From: Callorhinchus milii
Taxonomy: Eukaryota
Reading direction: 5' to 3'
Assembly (NCBI RefSeq): GCF_018977255.1
Contig: NW_024704742.1
Span: forward strand, 24,058,001-24,122,000
Length of the DNA stretch: 64,000 nt
The number at the start of each line of letters is the position of its first letter. Position 1 is the stretch's first letter. Shown piece after piece: positions 50,051-62,410 of the stretch. A program made the position numbers and the translations under genes. Under the pieces are notes generated by a model. It saw only the letters and a list, made by a program, of their open reading frames with translations. It did no database searches and was not told the origin of the DNA.

Positions 50051-50129
50051 TACTTTAGTGCTCTTTCAAACCTTCCAAATTAAATATTTCATTTTAAAAT
50101 TACTGCACTCCTTACACAGAGATATTTCA

Positions 50130-50640
50130 CAAGATCGGTTTGGATGAGGAAGCCATTCAACCCATTCCAATCTCATCCCTCCGGAACACCTACTCCATCC
50201 CTATCCCATGACTGCATCAAGCTACTTTTTAAATGAGTGCAGTGTCCTGACCTCCACCACCCTTTCTGGCGACTTATTCCAGCCGTTGATTATATTAAGA
50301 AAAATGTCCTTGTGTCTGTCCTGAAATTGCCCTTTACAACTCTAAACCTGGGTTTTCTTAATCTACTGTCTCACTTTTAAAAAAAAATGATGTCTTCATA
50401 AGGTCCATTCTGGGTTTCCTTCCTAAACTGCTAACTTGGAATAGCTCATTCCTCTAGCGGTGGGGATCATCCACTTTGTTCTTCTCCGCACCACCAAGAG
50501 GATCCAGGCAGCCTTATGTTGCAGTAGCCAGAACTGTAAGGTGCAGACTGACCAGGGCACCGTACAGCCTAAGTATACCCATCTGAGGATCTAAACTCAA
50601 CTGATTTACCAACATAGCCCAGCATGCTGTTTATTTTGGA
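50130..50640 (-). mobile_element. Degraded CR1 3' fragment
   Basis: gaggaagccattcaaccc...cctccaccaccctttctggc..cttattccag...ccagaactgta resembles 15920-16170 and 23730-23810. Confidence 0.65.
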
Positions 50641-51699
50641 AGAGAGTTTTGGAGGGCTGAAATCTATACCACTAATGGCAAGATGGGGGGACTAAAGGAA
50701 AACAAATCAATTAGAGTTGGAGCAACAGAGTACAACAGAGGGTGTACATGTGTGTGAAAGAGAGAGAGAAAGATCACAGCAATCACATATCTGCAACACA
50801 ACTATGAAGTCACATATGTTCAAATTGATAGACTAGACCTCCTCAGTGTAATAATGTGCTTTTCATTCAATCTTAATTTAGAAGAAGAAAAACATTCTTT
50901 CAGGTTGAGTCGAACAGCTGTCACGAAACAATCCAAATCCCAATATAAATGTCCAGTTACACTTTCCATTTGTTTTCTACACAAAGAAAAAACAGCCTAG
51001 GAAACAAACGGGTTATTTAATGCTAACCAACAGGAGGCACAAATTCAAACTGATAAGGAGGTGAATGTCAGGTTCTCCCTCCCTAAGAAATAAAGCTTCA
51101 CTTCCATAAAGCTTCACTTGTCGAGCGCCAGCTGATGCTTTCTTTAGCAACAGGCAATCCTGAAATTCAAATCGGTGAGCTTCTGCTTAAAAGTCAAGAC
51201 CTCAATGGCGTTTTCTGACCAGGCTATCTATCCTTACGTCACTTAGTATCGTGTTGTTGAACTTGCAACAACATCATAACCTGGCACTGTCATCATACAA
51301 ATCGAGACACACGAAAATAAAGTCATATATCTGCCTGCAACAGGAAAGCTCTGGCTTCCGATAAAACATCGAGTACCACTGGGCAACAGGCACAATACGT
51401 GGATGTGCAGTGATGCTTTGAGCTTAAGAGGAAACGGATGCACTGAAGTGTGCATGGCCCACAACTGCCAGCATCAATATACTGCCCAAGTTAACTTGTA
51501 GAGCAGAGAGGCAAGCAGCTGTTGCTCAAGCTCCACAATTCCAAGTGGCGAAACCATCGCTTAAATGGTCTGAGCTATGGGCAGAAGAACAGTAACAACG
51601 CTATCATACTGACTTGTGCTGCTCAGCAGAAAGTTTGTAGAAGTTCCTGGTACCTGCTATCTATCTAGTAAGGATTCAAGGCTTGTCCAATGTCAAATA

Positions 51700-52280
51700 A
51701 CCAACTAGTGACTATCCTCTTTTGAGGAGGCAGAGAGGAAAGAAGAACGTAAAGAGGCTCCAAGGTGACATGCCTAGCCACAGAATCACTTTCTGCGGCA
51801 ATTTTGGTCACCCAGTTCCTGAGCCAGGCAGGTCTACAGTACATCAAGGCATCAATGATGACAGAGCAGCTAGCCTGGCTTATCAGCAAGTTCCGCAATG
51901 GATCCATGAGGTGGAATGAGCATCTATGTAGATTGATGCTGAAAGCACCCAAGATGAGAAGGCCCTGACAGAAGCCAAACTGGAGAACATCTGTCTTGTC
52001 GATATTCAGATGCAGAAAGTTAGCTCTCATCCAGGACTTGATGTACGGCAGCGGAGGCAGACAGACAGATAAGAGTAAGGTGTCATCCGCGTACATGTGG
52101 AAGTTAACTCCATGCCTGTAGGCAACATCGCCAAGCAGCAGCATGTAGATGTTAAAGAGGAGAGGACCGAGGCCCGAGGAATGTCACACATGACAGTGCG
52201 GGGGCGGAGAACCCGTTCGCAAATATGAAGAGGAGACATTGAGATAGGAAAGAATGATATAATGGAACACAAAGCAGATA
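51700..52280 (-). mobile_element. Degraded L2 RT fragment
   Basis: ORF remnant [21 protein letters not shown]...[20 protein letters not shown]. Confidence 0.85.
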
Positions 52281-53189
52281 GGCAAAATTATCCTTAATGG
52301 TGGGATGCCCATGTGGCATATTTCCACAATAATTCAGTGAGAATATATCAATGGCAGAATTGACAACTCAAACCAGATTGTCTAGGCCCACTGCCTTACT
52401 TTAGAACTCACTTATTTATTCCTTCAGATTACAAATACACAGTGAAAGTTGGTTGTAAATATTTTTCTGGTGCTATTATACTTAACAGCAACACGTTCAT
52501 AGCAATTCCCTGAAAAATGTTTATGGTTATTATTACCATAAACGTGACAATAATAATTAATATTACTATTAACTTGATTGCCCTTTTAAAATATTTGTTT
52601 AAACAAGGATTACTGATAACATCAGCAAAGATCTAGAGTTACTGAATTTGGCTATGTGGAGCTTACTTACAACTGAGGTAATATGTTCACTGCAGAATCC
52701 CAGGTTAATGACTTTCTACTGCTGTTAATGCTACTTTTACTCTGCCGTTCTTGAGTCCCGGAGTGAGGCCCCAAAATTGGGAGCAGTCACTTATACATGC
52801 CTCGAGGCTGGCTGCAGAAAATGTTTCCAAGTATATTGCATATTTCTTCAAATGATCGCAAAATACTTTAATGACGTCAAGATGTGTGTGTGTGTGTTTG
52901 TGTGAGAAAACCACCGTTAGCTTTTTTTTGGGTGGGGAAATCCTCTCGACTCTAAAGATGGCAAAGACCAGGAAATGAACCTAAAAATCAAGCGACTTTG
53001 CTCCTGTCTGTTATTTATGATCCACGAGCTTTATTTCGCTAATAATAGTGGTTCAATAAGGCATAAATGTCCCAACTTTAGAGGGACACTTGTGCAATGG
53101 CATGTTGTGCTGCACTACACAAAAATCCGCTAAAAATTCATATACATCAGATCCACAGCAATTCTCTCAGTTATTTCATCAAAGTACAC

Positions 53190-53395
53190 AAACAGATTTG
53201 TCAAACAAGACTTGTTTAACAAATCCATGCTGACTGTTGAATCAACTCACGTCTTTCTAAGTCATCATTATTATTATCCTGTACTATAGCTTCAAAAGTT
53301 TGGTTGCTATGGATGTTAAGATGGCAAGTACAGTTACTTCACTTATCCTATTCTCCCTTTTTGAAGTGAAGTGTTAAATTAGCAACCCTCCAGTA
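53190..53395 (-). mobile_element. Degraded CR1 RT-region fragment
   Basis: gatttgtcaaacaagacttgtttaacaaatccatgctgactg (reverse reads QHGFVKQ.SCLTN-like) ... ctccctttttgaa. Confidence 0.6.
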
Positions 53396-55551
53396 CTTAC
53401 TTTGAGACATACATATTTCTCCAGCTATAAAACTTTCCAGTACTCAGAAAGGTTATATCTGTACATCCTAACAAAAAGGATCGTACATCAGATCTCTTCC
53501 AACTACTGGAAGATATTAGATTTTAGTGTAAGAATTTCTGTTTAAGTATTGTGGGGAGTTGAATTAGTCACATTCCACTTAGATATCCTTGACAACACCT
53601 AGGCTAACCTTGCTTTTCCTTTTGGTGAAGACCATCATACAGGCAGCAGATGACAGCATCTGCTGTCATTAGTAGAGACTGCCATTCTAATAATTTATTT
53701 TAATAGTGCGCCTGATATTTAACGAATCCTGGGTCATTGTTTTAACTCTGCTTCCTCCCCCCAAAAGGTTCCTTTCAAATTGATTTACACTAAAAGTTTG
53801 TTTCAGTTATAATCACCATGAACGGATAGAAATGAGAATTCAATGCAAAGACATTAAACTTACTCCTAAACCTGTAATTAATAATCTGATGTGACTGAAA
53901 TCTATTTGACTTATAGTGCTGGAATTCCATACTTCCAAACATGTCAGATTATGTATAATTCTACAAAATGTAGTGATAAAGATTCAGTATCAAGATTTTT
54001 TAATAACGTCACAGAAGAATAATTGGACAGCAATGTTCCAGATAAAACTTGCCATTCATTTCATGGCTGTTTGTGGGACATTGCTGTGGACATTACCTGC
54101 CAGTTTATCTGCTAAATACAAAGTAACTACAGTTTACACTAAAATCCAGTGAAGGTCTTTGAGAAGTTTTAAGAACACGATAATGTGCTATATCAAAAGC
54201 CAGGCTTATATACATCTGGGTTTGTGCTCCCTTTCTGGAATAACCACTATTGTTGCCACACTCCCTGCTGAGGTCCAACCAGTGAAGTCGGGGCAGCTGG
54301 CAACCACGGAAAGTTTCTTTCATACCCCCACTTTACAGCTATACACTCATCACAGAAAAATCTCCTGATTGTTTTAAATAAATATTCAGAGTTCCTTCTA
54401 CAGATCTGCATCAACAACAATAGATTACATTTGTATAGTGCCTTTTGCATCGGGAGGATGTCCCAAGGCATCAGAAGGGCCCTGCTAGAAAGTGCACAGG
54501 TGAATGTCATGCAATGATACATCAGAATCAGCTCCAGCACTCACCATCAGGTCTCACACATGAAGAATGATGTAACAGAGGATCCTGGAACTGTACTCAT
54601 GCAAGAGGTATGCCATCAGGTGCAGAATACAGGAAATAGGAAAATATTGTACCTCTAGTACAACTGTACCATTAGTTAAATGCCAGTGGTTTAGGTACAG
54701 CATCAACTTTTGAAGAATAAACAGGGCATCTCCTTGAATTCTTTCTATATTGTCAAACTGAAATATCTGGATTTTTAAAAAAAAAGTCATTCTATTGGCT
54801 TGACAGTTTTTTTAATTAATTGTATTTTGGGGCTTCTTTGTGCCTTAATGCAAAGGGGAGTGGACTCAAGACAGGATTCACATAACCTCATTGATAGAAA
54901 TCAATGCCAGGGCTTGTGTTGGGATGTTCTAGGCTTACTGAGTGTCACTTGCTAAGGCAAGCTGCATTAAGCAAAAGGATGTCAAGCAAACATTCTTCAA
55001 ACAGCAAGAGGACTGCCTTCATGTCTCTTTTTAAAATAGATTAAAATTGACCCAGTATAAGACAAGAGATTAAACTAACATCACACATCAATATTTTCTG
55101 TCAATACCTAATTCATCCCTCTGGAAACAAGCAGTGGGAGACCTTAAAATGTTCAAGCTGTGGAATCCAACTTGCTGTTTCAGGCATTCCAAGCATCTCT
55201 CCCCACCAAGTCTCTGAGAGCAGGTAACGTGCAACTAATTGACTAAGAGGATTGTGATCTTTTAATCCTGTCTGAATTGGTAGCATTTGTAGGGACCCTT
55301 ATGATTGGTAAGAAACACACTCAATACTGATAATATTTACTTTAGAACTAGGACAGATGACTTACAAATACGATACTTGTGGTTTCTGGGAGAATGATAC
55401 AATGATAAGTCAATTATCATCAAGATCCCAAAGTCTACCCTCTGTTCAAATAAAACTGTGAAGTCCTCATAATGATTTTATTTGATATAGCGCTCAATAT
55501 TGTTGAAATCTCTCAAAGATTTTCCCGTGATTTGTAGGTCATTCCTGCAGC

Positions 55552-55752
55552 ACAGCAACAAAATTACATTTATAGAGCGCCTTTCACGTCAGGAGGTCAT
55601 CCCAAAGTGCTGAACAGTCAGATGTCGGGGTCCAAGCATGGGGGAGGGGTGGTGTAGGGGTGAGGAAAGGCAGAGAGGTGGGAGAGAGACCAAAGGCACG
55701 GTCGAAGAGAAGGGTCTTGAGACCGGCCTTGAAGAATGCAAGGGAGGAAGTG
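55552..55752 (-). mobile_element. L2 3' UTR and tail
   Basis: Reverse complement of 26745-26940 (gaccaaaggcacggtcgaagagaagggtcttgagaccggccttgaag). Confidence 0.9.
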
Positions 55753-55804
55753 ATGTCCTATAAACAAGTCATGAAGTGAATGGCTAACTGTGTATGCGGG
55801 GTTG

Positions 55805-55930
55805 CTGACGAGGATACTGGAAGGAACTCCCAGCTCTTTTCAGATAGTGTCATGGGATCTTAAAATCCACCTGTACAGATGGGGCTTCACTTCATGTCTC
55901 AACCGAAGCACAGAAAATCTGACAATGTAA
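55805..55930 (-). mobile_element. Isolated Deu-domain fragment
   Basis: gaactcccagctcttttcagatagtgtcatgggatcttaaaatccacctg...cagatggggc...tgtctcaaccgaag is a reverse match to the Deu core. Confidence 0.6.
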
Positions 55931-56401
55931 GCTTTCTAGGAGTTCATCTTACATGGTAGATGTGGATATTCTTGCAAAAAAGGTTTTCTAATCCAGAAAT
56001 TATTTCTATGAGACTGTCTCTGCACAAGATAAAAACTAATAAAGAACAAAGACTGCCTTTCTTCATATCCCTGAAGGCAAGTTATCATTGTAATTGATCT
56101 TGTAAATCCAACATCAATTCATCTTATTTTACACTTGTCTAAGTAAAATAACACAAGCAGCTGGGAAAAGACATCTCAAGTTCACATCTCCTTGCCAAAA
56201 CAATCTTACTATTCATTAAATATTATAAAATATTTCCAGCAGTTTCTCAGTTCTCAGAATGTTGTATGATAGAATCTGATACTTCAGCACAGGAGGTCTT
56301 TCAGCCCACCATATGCCTGTCACTGGAATCATCGATTCTCATCTCATATGCCTGCACTTTGACCATACAGTTTCATAACTTTAATCTTCACAAATCCTCA
56401 A

Positions 56402-56801
56402 TTATAATAAGTTACATTTGATATAGGACCTTTCATGTCAGGACATTGTCTCAAAGAAATTTATAGGTTATAGTGTAAAGTGCAATGACTGTGTAGGTTG
56501 CAGGTGAAAGCAGAGGCTAATTTGCACACAACAAAAATAAATAAAAGGCCATGGATTGAATGACCAATCGTATCTGGAGATTGTTGGCCAGGACACCATA
56601 AGTGCCAGAAGATCTTTTAACGACCACCTGGAACAGGCAGACGGGAACTCAGTTTAATGTCTCAATCGAAGGACAGCATCACCACATCATTATATTGGAA
56701 TGTCATCCCAGACAATACAAACTCAAAGTCTCAACAAAGAGCTTAAAAGCCACAACCTTCTGACTCAGAGGGGAGAGTGCTACCAACTGAGCCAGGCTGA
56801 C
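56402..56801 (-). mobile_element. tRNA-headed Deu-domain SINE (SacSINE1-like), full length but old
   Basis: The head acaaccttctgactcagaggggagagtgctaccaactgagccaggctga is the reverse complement of 3563-3612. The Deu core (gatcttttaacgaccacctg, gtttaatgtctca) and an L2-type tail are present. Confidence 0.82.
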
Positions 56802-57248
56802 AAAACGTTTTGAATGACTGCATCATTGGCCTATCGCATTAACATATTCCACGCCCAATAATGTTTTGATTATGGATTAAGGCCTGATTTCATCAGTTGA
56901 GCTCATAATCTGGTCTGAAACTACAGCATTGGACACTTCAAAAAGAGAAGGAAGTTTCCAATGGGTGTCTTGAACAAAATTCTCCAGATGTTTTGGGTCA
57001 TTCACCTCAAAGCTGTTTTTGGGTCCTACTTGGTACAATGTTTGCTACAAACTCAGTCAATGCACTGGATAGGAATTCAAGCACTGGGAAATGTTTTGAT
57101 GTGATGGGCCCCACAAAAATTAAAGTGCTTTCTTACTCATGATTTGATGTGTATATTGTAACTGGTTAAAGAAACAATTCACCAGATTCTATGCCAAAAC
57201 AATCTTACAAATCATTAAATCAGAACCTTGTAATCAGCAATTGTAATC

Positions 57249-57562
57249 GTGGCGTCCTGTAGCTCAGTGGTTAGAGCACTCGCTTTGCAAGCGAGAGACC
57301 TGAGTTCAATTCCAGGCAGAGGGCGAAACCTTGGGCAAGTTTCCTTACTCCACACAGAGCCTAATAATAATCCCTCCAAAACAAAAAATAATAAATTGGT
57401 CATTTTCAATCCATATGACTGTTTGTGGGTCATGGCTGTGCGCAATTGGCTGCCGCGTTCGCCCACAAATATACAGTCAATTCACTTTACAGTGTGTTCT
57501 GTGAAGCGCTTTGGGACGTTCTCCCGACGTGAAAAGCGCAATAGCAAATGCAAGGATTATTA
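57249..57562 (+). mobile_element. Young tRNA-Ala-derived SINE, full length
   Basis: Near-identical to 8197-8528. Confidence 0.95.
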
Positions 57563-57949
57563 ATATTATTTGGTGTGGAAGAATAGTGTATTTTATCATA
57601 ATAGCCCTGAAATACATCAATGAGTTTAGTGACACAGGACATTCATAACTATAGAATAAATCCGGTTACTTTAGGTTCATGTACATTTGGTCCCACTATC
57701 TGTATCACAATAAAGAAAACAGAACCCCACTGTTCATAAAACAGATGGCTCCAGATGAAGTGCTGAATTAACAAAAGTATAGTGTTTTGAAGCTATTTTT
57801 ATTTTCACGACTTAATAGAAATTAACTGCTAATGTAAGACTGAGATCTCTATCTTTGTACAGTGAAACTTAGTACAGAGCTGAATGGTTGACGCCTTCTG
57901 AAGTTATCCCAGTATGGAATTCCAGAGAGAGAGAGAGAGAGTAAAATGG

Positions 57950-59660
57950 CTGAATGCTCACCCATCAATGGTGGGGTAGACTGTACAGGGGACATGAAGC
58001 AGGCCAGCGTTTGCTGAGGAGAGGGCGTGGCTAGGTCAGTACAACTGCAGGAAGTCACAGAGGTAGAGTGGGGGCAAGGACATGGAAGGATTTGAATGCA
58101 AGGATGAGGATCTTGAATTCAATCTGCTGGAGGACAGGGAGCTAATGGAGCTAAGTGAGGAATGGTGTGATTGGCTCACGGAGTCTGGTCAGGAGAAGAC
58201 ATGGGCTGCAGAGGTCTGGATGGTCTGAAGCTTGTTTAGAGAGAAGATGGTGAGTCCAGCCAGCGGGCCGATAAAATAATCAAGTCTCGGGATCCCAGGG
58301 GAGAGGTAGCGGAGGAGGCGGTCAATGTTAGCGAAGTGAAAGAAAGTTGAGTGAATGAAAGCCCAGATATAGGGCTTGAGAGACAGTTATAATAATAATA
58401 ATCCTTGCATTTGATATAGTGCTTTTCACGTCGGGAGGATGTCCCAAAGCGCTTCACAGAACACACTGTAAAGTGAATTGACTGTATATTTGTGGTCGAA
58501 CGCGGCAGCCAATTGCGCACAGCCATGTCCCACAAACAGTCGTAGATTGAAAATGACCAATTTATTATTGTTTTTGGTTTTGGGGGGATTATTATTAGAC
58601 TCTGTGTGGAGTAAGGAAACTTGCCCAAGGTTTCGCCCTGTCTGGAATTGAACTCAGATCTCTCGCTTGCAAAGGGAGTGCTCTAACCACTGAACTACAG
58701 GACTCCACGAGGAAGCAAACAAGATACAGGCTAGGCACCAGCTACATGAGGACCCATAAGCATCCATGCAGTCGATGTGATCAGTGCCTGAGACCCTCAG
58801 CCCAGATGACATTAAGCTAAAGGACCTGGAGCTCGTCAAGGACTTGTCTGTCAGGTAAATGGTCAGAACAGCAGTGGAACTGCAATTGATAAGAGGCAAA
58901 AATAGAGTTGGGTGCCATGAATACATGTGGAAATGGGCCCCATGTCAAGGGCAAGCATATAGATGGTGAAAGGGTGATAGAGCCCCAAAGATCACCACAG
59001 CAACTGTGCAGGGACAGGAGGAGAAACCATTAAAAGAGATGAAATTAAGATGCTGAAACCAGGCAAGGACAGAACTGTGCAGCAGGGAGGCTAGATGAAG
59101 GAGGCTACTATGTTGAAGGCCACAGAAAGGTCAAGGAGATCAAGATGGTAGAGAACCCTGGTTGAAGATGGAAAGAATATTGCTGGCGACCTTGATCCGG
59201 GCAGTCTCAGTACTGTTTGCGGCAGGAAGGAAACTAGATGGGAGGGGCTCAAAAAGAGAGATCTGAAGTGGAACGAAGCTGAGAGGCAACAACTCCTAAT
59301 ACATTGGACGTCAAGTCAGAGAGAGCAAGAGAGCATGGAAGGATCGAGTGAGGTTTTTTTGAGAAGGGGGTGATGGCATCAATTTTGAGGGGAAGAGGTA
59401 CTGCACCCGTGGAGAGGGAGAGTTAATAATGTCAGCAAGTAGGGCAAGAAGGAAGGGAATCTGGGCAGCCAGAAACAGGGATGGGATTGAGGGAGCGGAT
59501 GGTTTCATGGGTTTCATTTCTTGGGAGATAAAAGAGGAGCCATATGGAAGAGACAGCACCTAAGGTGTGGAAGGAATGGTAAATGGAAAACGGAGTGGGG
59601 GAGAGGAGTGGCAGAAGTGGAGGCAGTAGCGCAAACCTGCACGATTTTAGACCTGTTCAT
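57950..59660 (-). mobile_element. Degraded L2 ORF2, interrupted by a SINE
   Basis: Purine-rich reverse matches to 25250-26700 (ggatgaggatcttgaattcaatc; atacatgtggaaat as the FHMY motif; the remnant LLALLADIINSPS). Confidence 0.82.
58389..58708 (-). mobile_element. Young tRNA-Ala-derived SINE nested in L2
   Basis: Near-identical reverse complement of 57249-57562; L2 sequence continues on both sides. Confidence 0.95.
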
Positions 59661-59809
59661 CACCTCCAACATACTTGGGAGTTCTGAATGGATGGAATTG
59701 TATGGATTGATACAATTACAAAGCAGAAAGGATGGAAGGCACCTCATAAAATTTGTATAACTCAGAACTACAATTTGCATAGCTTTAATATCAAACAAAG
59801 GATGAACAT

Positions 59810-61120
59810 GCCTATAATGTTGAAGAACTAAGTGATGGAATCACAGATGCACTAGCAATTTTTCAGTTCTCTCGTTTTAGGCAATGTGCCGATGGATTGG
59901 GAAGATGCAGAAGTTGCACTGCTATTCAAGGGAGGGAGGGAGCAACTAAACAGTTGCAAGGCTGTAAATTTAACATCAATAGTAGAAAAATTATTGGAAT
60001 CCATCATCAGGGATAATAGAGCATTTAGGTAAGCAAGAACTGATCAGGCAAAGTCAGCATGTGTTCTGTGCAGGGCAGGTCATGTCTGATAAACCTAGGG
60101 CATTTTTTTTTGAGGAAATCATTGAAGTCATGTACAGGGGAGAATCAATGGATGCCACTTACATGGATTTTCAAAATTAATTTGATAAGATTAAAGAGAA
60201 TATTGAATACAATCAAGAGATATGGAATTGGAGGAAGCAATGTGACATGGACACAAAGTTGATTTAGAGCAGAAGGCAGAGTTGGGATAAAGGGTACATT
60301 CTCTGACTGGTGGGCAGTGGCAAGGGGGTTCTGCAGGGATCTAATTTAGGGTCACAGCTATTCATGTGTTATATATGTGATATATATAATATATAAAAAA
60401 TGAGACATATATTATGTATTTATATAATCTGGATCCAAATCAGCAAGTGACACCAACCTAGGAGGCAAAACTGATGTTGAGGTATGCAAAAAATTGCAAT
60501 GGCATATAGACTGATAAAGTGGTCTGAAATATGGCAGATAGGGTTTTAGCACAATGTGGCAAAATATGAATTAAGTATTACACTTTGGCTTTAACAATGA
60601 AAAATTGGAAATAATTTCTGAACCCGGGGAGTGGATAATTTAGTTGGGGGAAACAATAGAGAAGCTAATTCAACTGATACCGCTACAAGAGCAAAAGGGT
60701 TTTTTCATAACACAGCTGCGAATAGTTTCACCCACAAAATACACAGTCAATCCACTTTACAATGAATTCTGTTTAGCACTTTGAAACATCTCAACAATGC
60801 GATAAGGCAATATGTAAAATGCAAGGATTATTAGATTAAGTAGTCATATCTAAATAGTTTTTCCAAACTGTCTCTCACTGGGAGACAAGTTTCAGAGATC
60901 ATTAAATGTCAGTTCATGAGTTCAAAATGCAATCAAAATGGGATATTGTTTTTCATCACAAAAGGGCTGGAATGAAAACAAAGTGATGATACAGTTGTAT
61001 AATGTACCGATCAGAAGTAATTTGGAGTACTTTATGCACTTTTGGGCATCACAACTTAGAAAAGATGTACTGCTTTGGAAGCCGTGCAATGTAGATTCAC
61101 CAGAATAATATATAGATTAT
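59810..61120 (+). mobile_element. Degraded CR1 ORF2 (RT region) with internal insertions
   Basis: gtgccgatggattgggaagatgcagaagtt, aaagtcagcat...ggcaggtcatgtctgataaaccta (GRSCLINL), ttacatggattttcaaaa, cagggatctaatttaggg and ttggagtactttatgcacttttggg. A SINE 3' fragment sits at ~60713-60835. Confidence 0.8.
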
Positions 61121-61956
61121 TGGGGTCCAGTACTTAGTTTACATTTTTATTTTTTGAAATTGTAAATACCACATTCAAATTCATGGGAGGCTGTACTTTG
61201 TCCAGCCATGATATATATGCTCAGTAGCTGTATTTGAAAGCTAGGGTGTAACTTGGGTGGGGGAACAGGAGGGAAGCTAAATCAACTGATAGTTCTACTA
61301 GAGCAAAAGGGCGTTTTCATAACACAAGGTCGGCTGAGAAAGTCATATCTATATAGTTTTCCTAAACTGTCTCTCATTGAGAGAAACATTATCAAGGGAA
61401 AGGCAAGTTGGAGGAATTCAGGAACAGAAATAACATAAATCTATCCATTGTTACATTATTTACCCACACAATTCTTTCACTGGCTAATATATACTTATAA
61501 CATAAAAAGCATATGAAGTGAAGTTGACTGACCTACCAATAACATAAGGTCATATGGGTCTGTCTGACTTCAGACAAAATTGCATAATATAGGATGACTC
61601 CTTTATAAAGATAGTTAAAATTCCAACCTGCCTTATAAAGGGGTTCAATCGAGAACGACTGCCGATCAGCGCTTTCACTTCGTGACATCACCCATCACAT
61701 CCGGTAGAATAACCGACACGTGTGCAGGCAGCTGCTCTCACTTTACACACAGCTCCGTTGGTCCACATCAAATCCCATGAAGTATTTTGAAGCACACAAT
61801 TTCAAGTGCAATTTAAACTCCGATGACACATTTAAATGGGACAATATTGCATCTCTGGATTTTTAAATAAGAAAGAGTCACAGTTCAGAACCCAATCCCA
61901 ATAAGCAAACCCATGTGATAATGAGCTATAACAGGGTTCTCCCAGGTGAGGTTACT

Positions 61957-62030
61957 CTGTGAAGCGCTTTGAGACGTCTCAACAACATGATAAGACCCTA
62001 TATCACATGCAAGAATTATTATTGTTGTTG
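61957..62030 (+). mobile_element. SINE/L2-type 3' tail fragment
   Basis: ctgtgaagcgctttgagacgtctc...ctatatcacatgcaagaattattattgttgttg. Confidence 0.75.
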
Positions 62031-62328
62031 CTATATGTTATATTTGGCAAACAGTTTCTACATGCAAAATATAACAAAAATGTGACCAAAAAGACAGTTT
62101 CTGGAATGTAAAAAAAATCTACCTACAAATAATTTAGAAACTTACTAAAAAAAAATCACTATTTTATCCAGGAACACGGTAAGCTACAGGACAAGCAAGT
62201 GTGACAGTTGGGAGACAAAGAAAACTAAAGGCAAGTAATCTGGGCACATGACAGAGGACACAAGCATGACAGATCTCATGTCTGAAAGGACAACTTTTTT
62301 TCTTAAAAAGATTGTACAACAATACAAT

Positions 62329-62410
62329 ACAAATTTTTGATAAACCATTTATTCTCCTCAAAGCCCAGTAGGCGGCTTTGAGGAGAATAAGTGGTTTATC
62401 AAAAATTTGT
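62329..62410. repeat. Near-perfect inverted repeat with 37-bp arms and an 8-nt loop
   Basis: acaaatttttgataaaccatttattctcctcaaagcc - cagtaggc - ggctttgaggagaataagtggtttatcaaaaatttgt; 36/37 Watson-Crick pairs. Confidence 0.95.
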
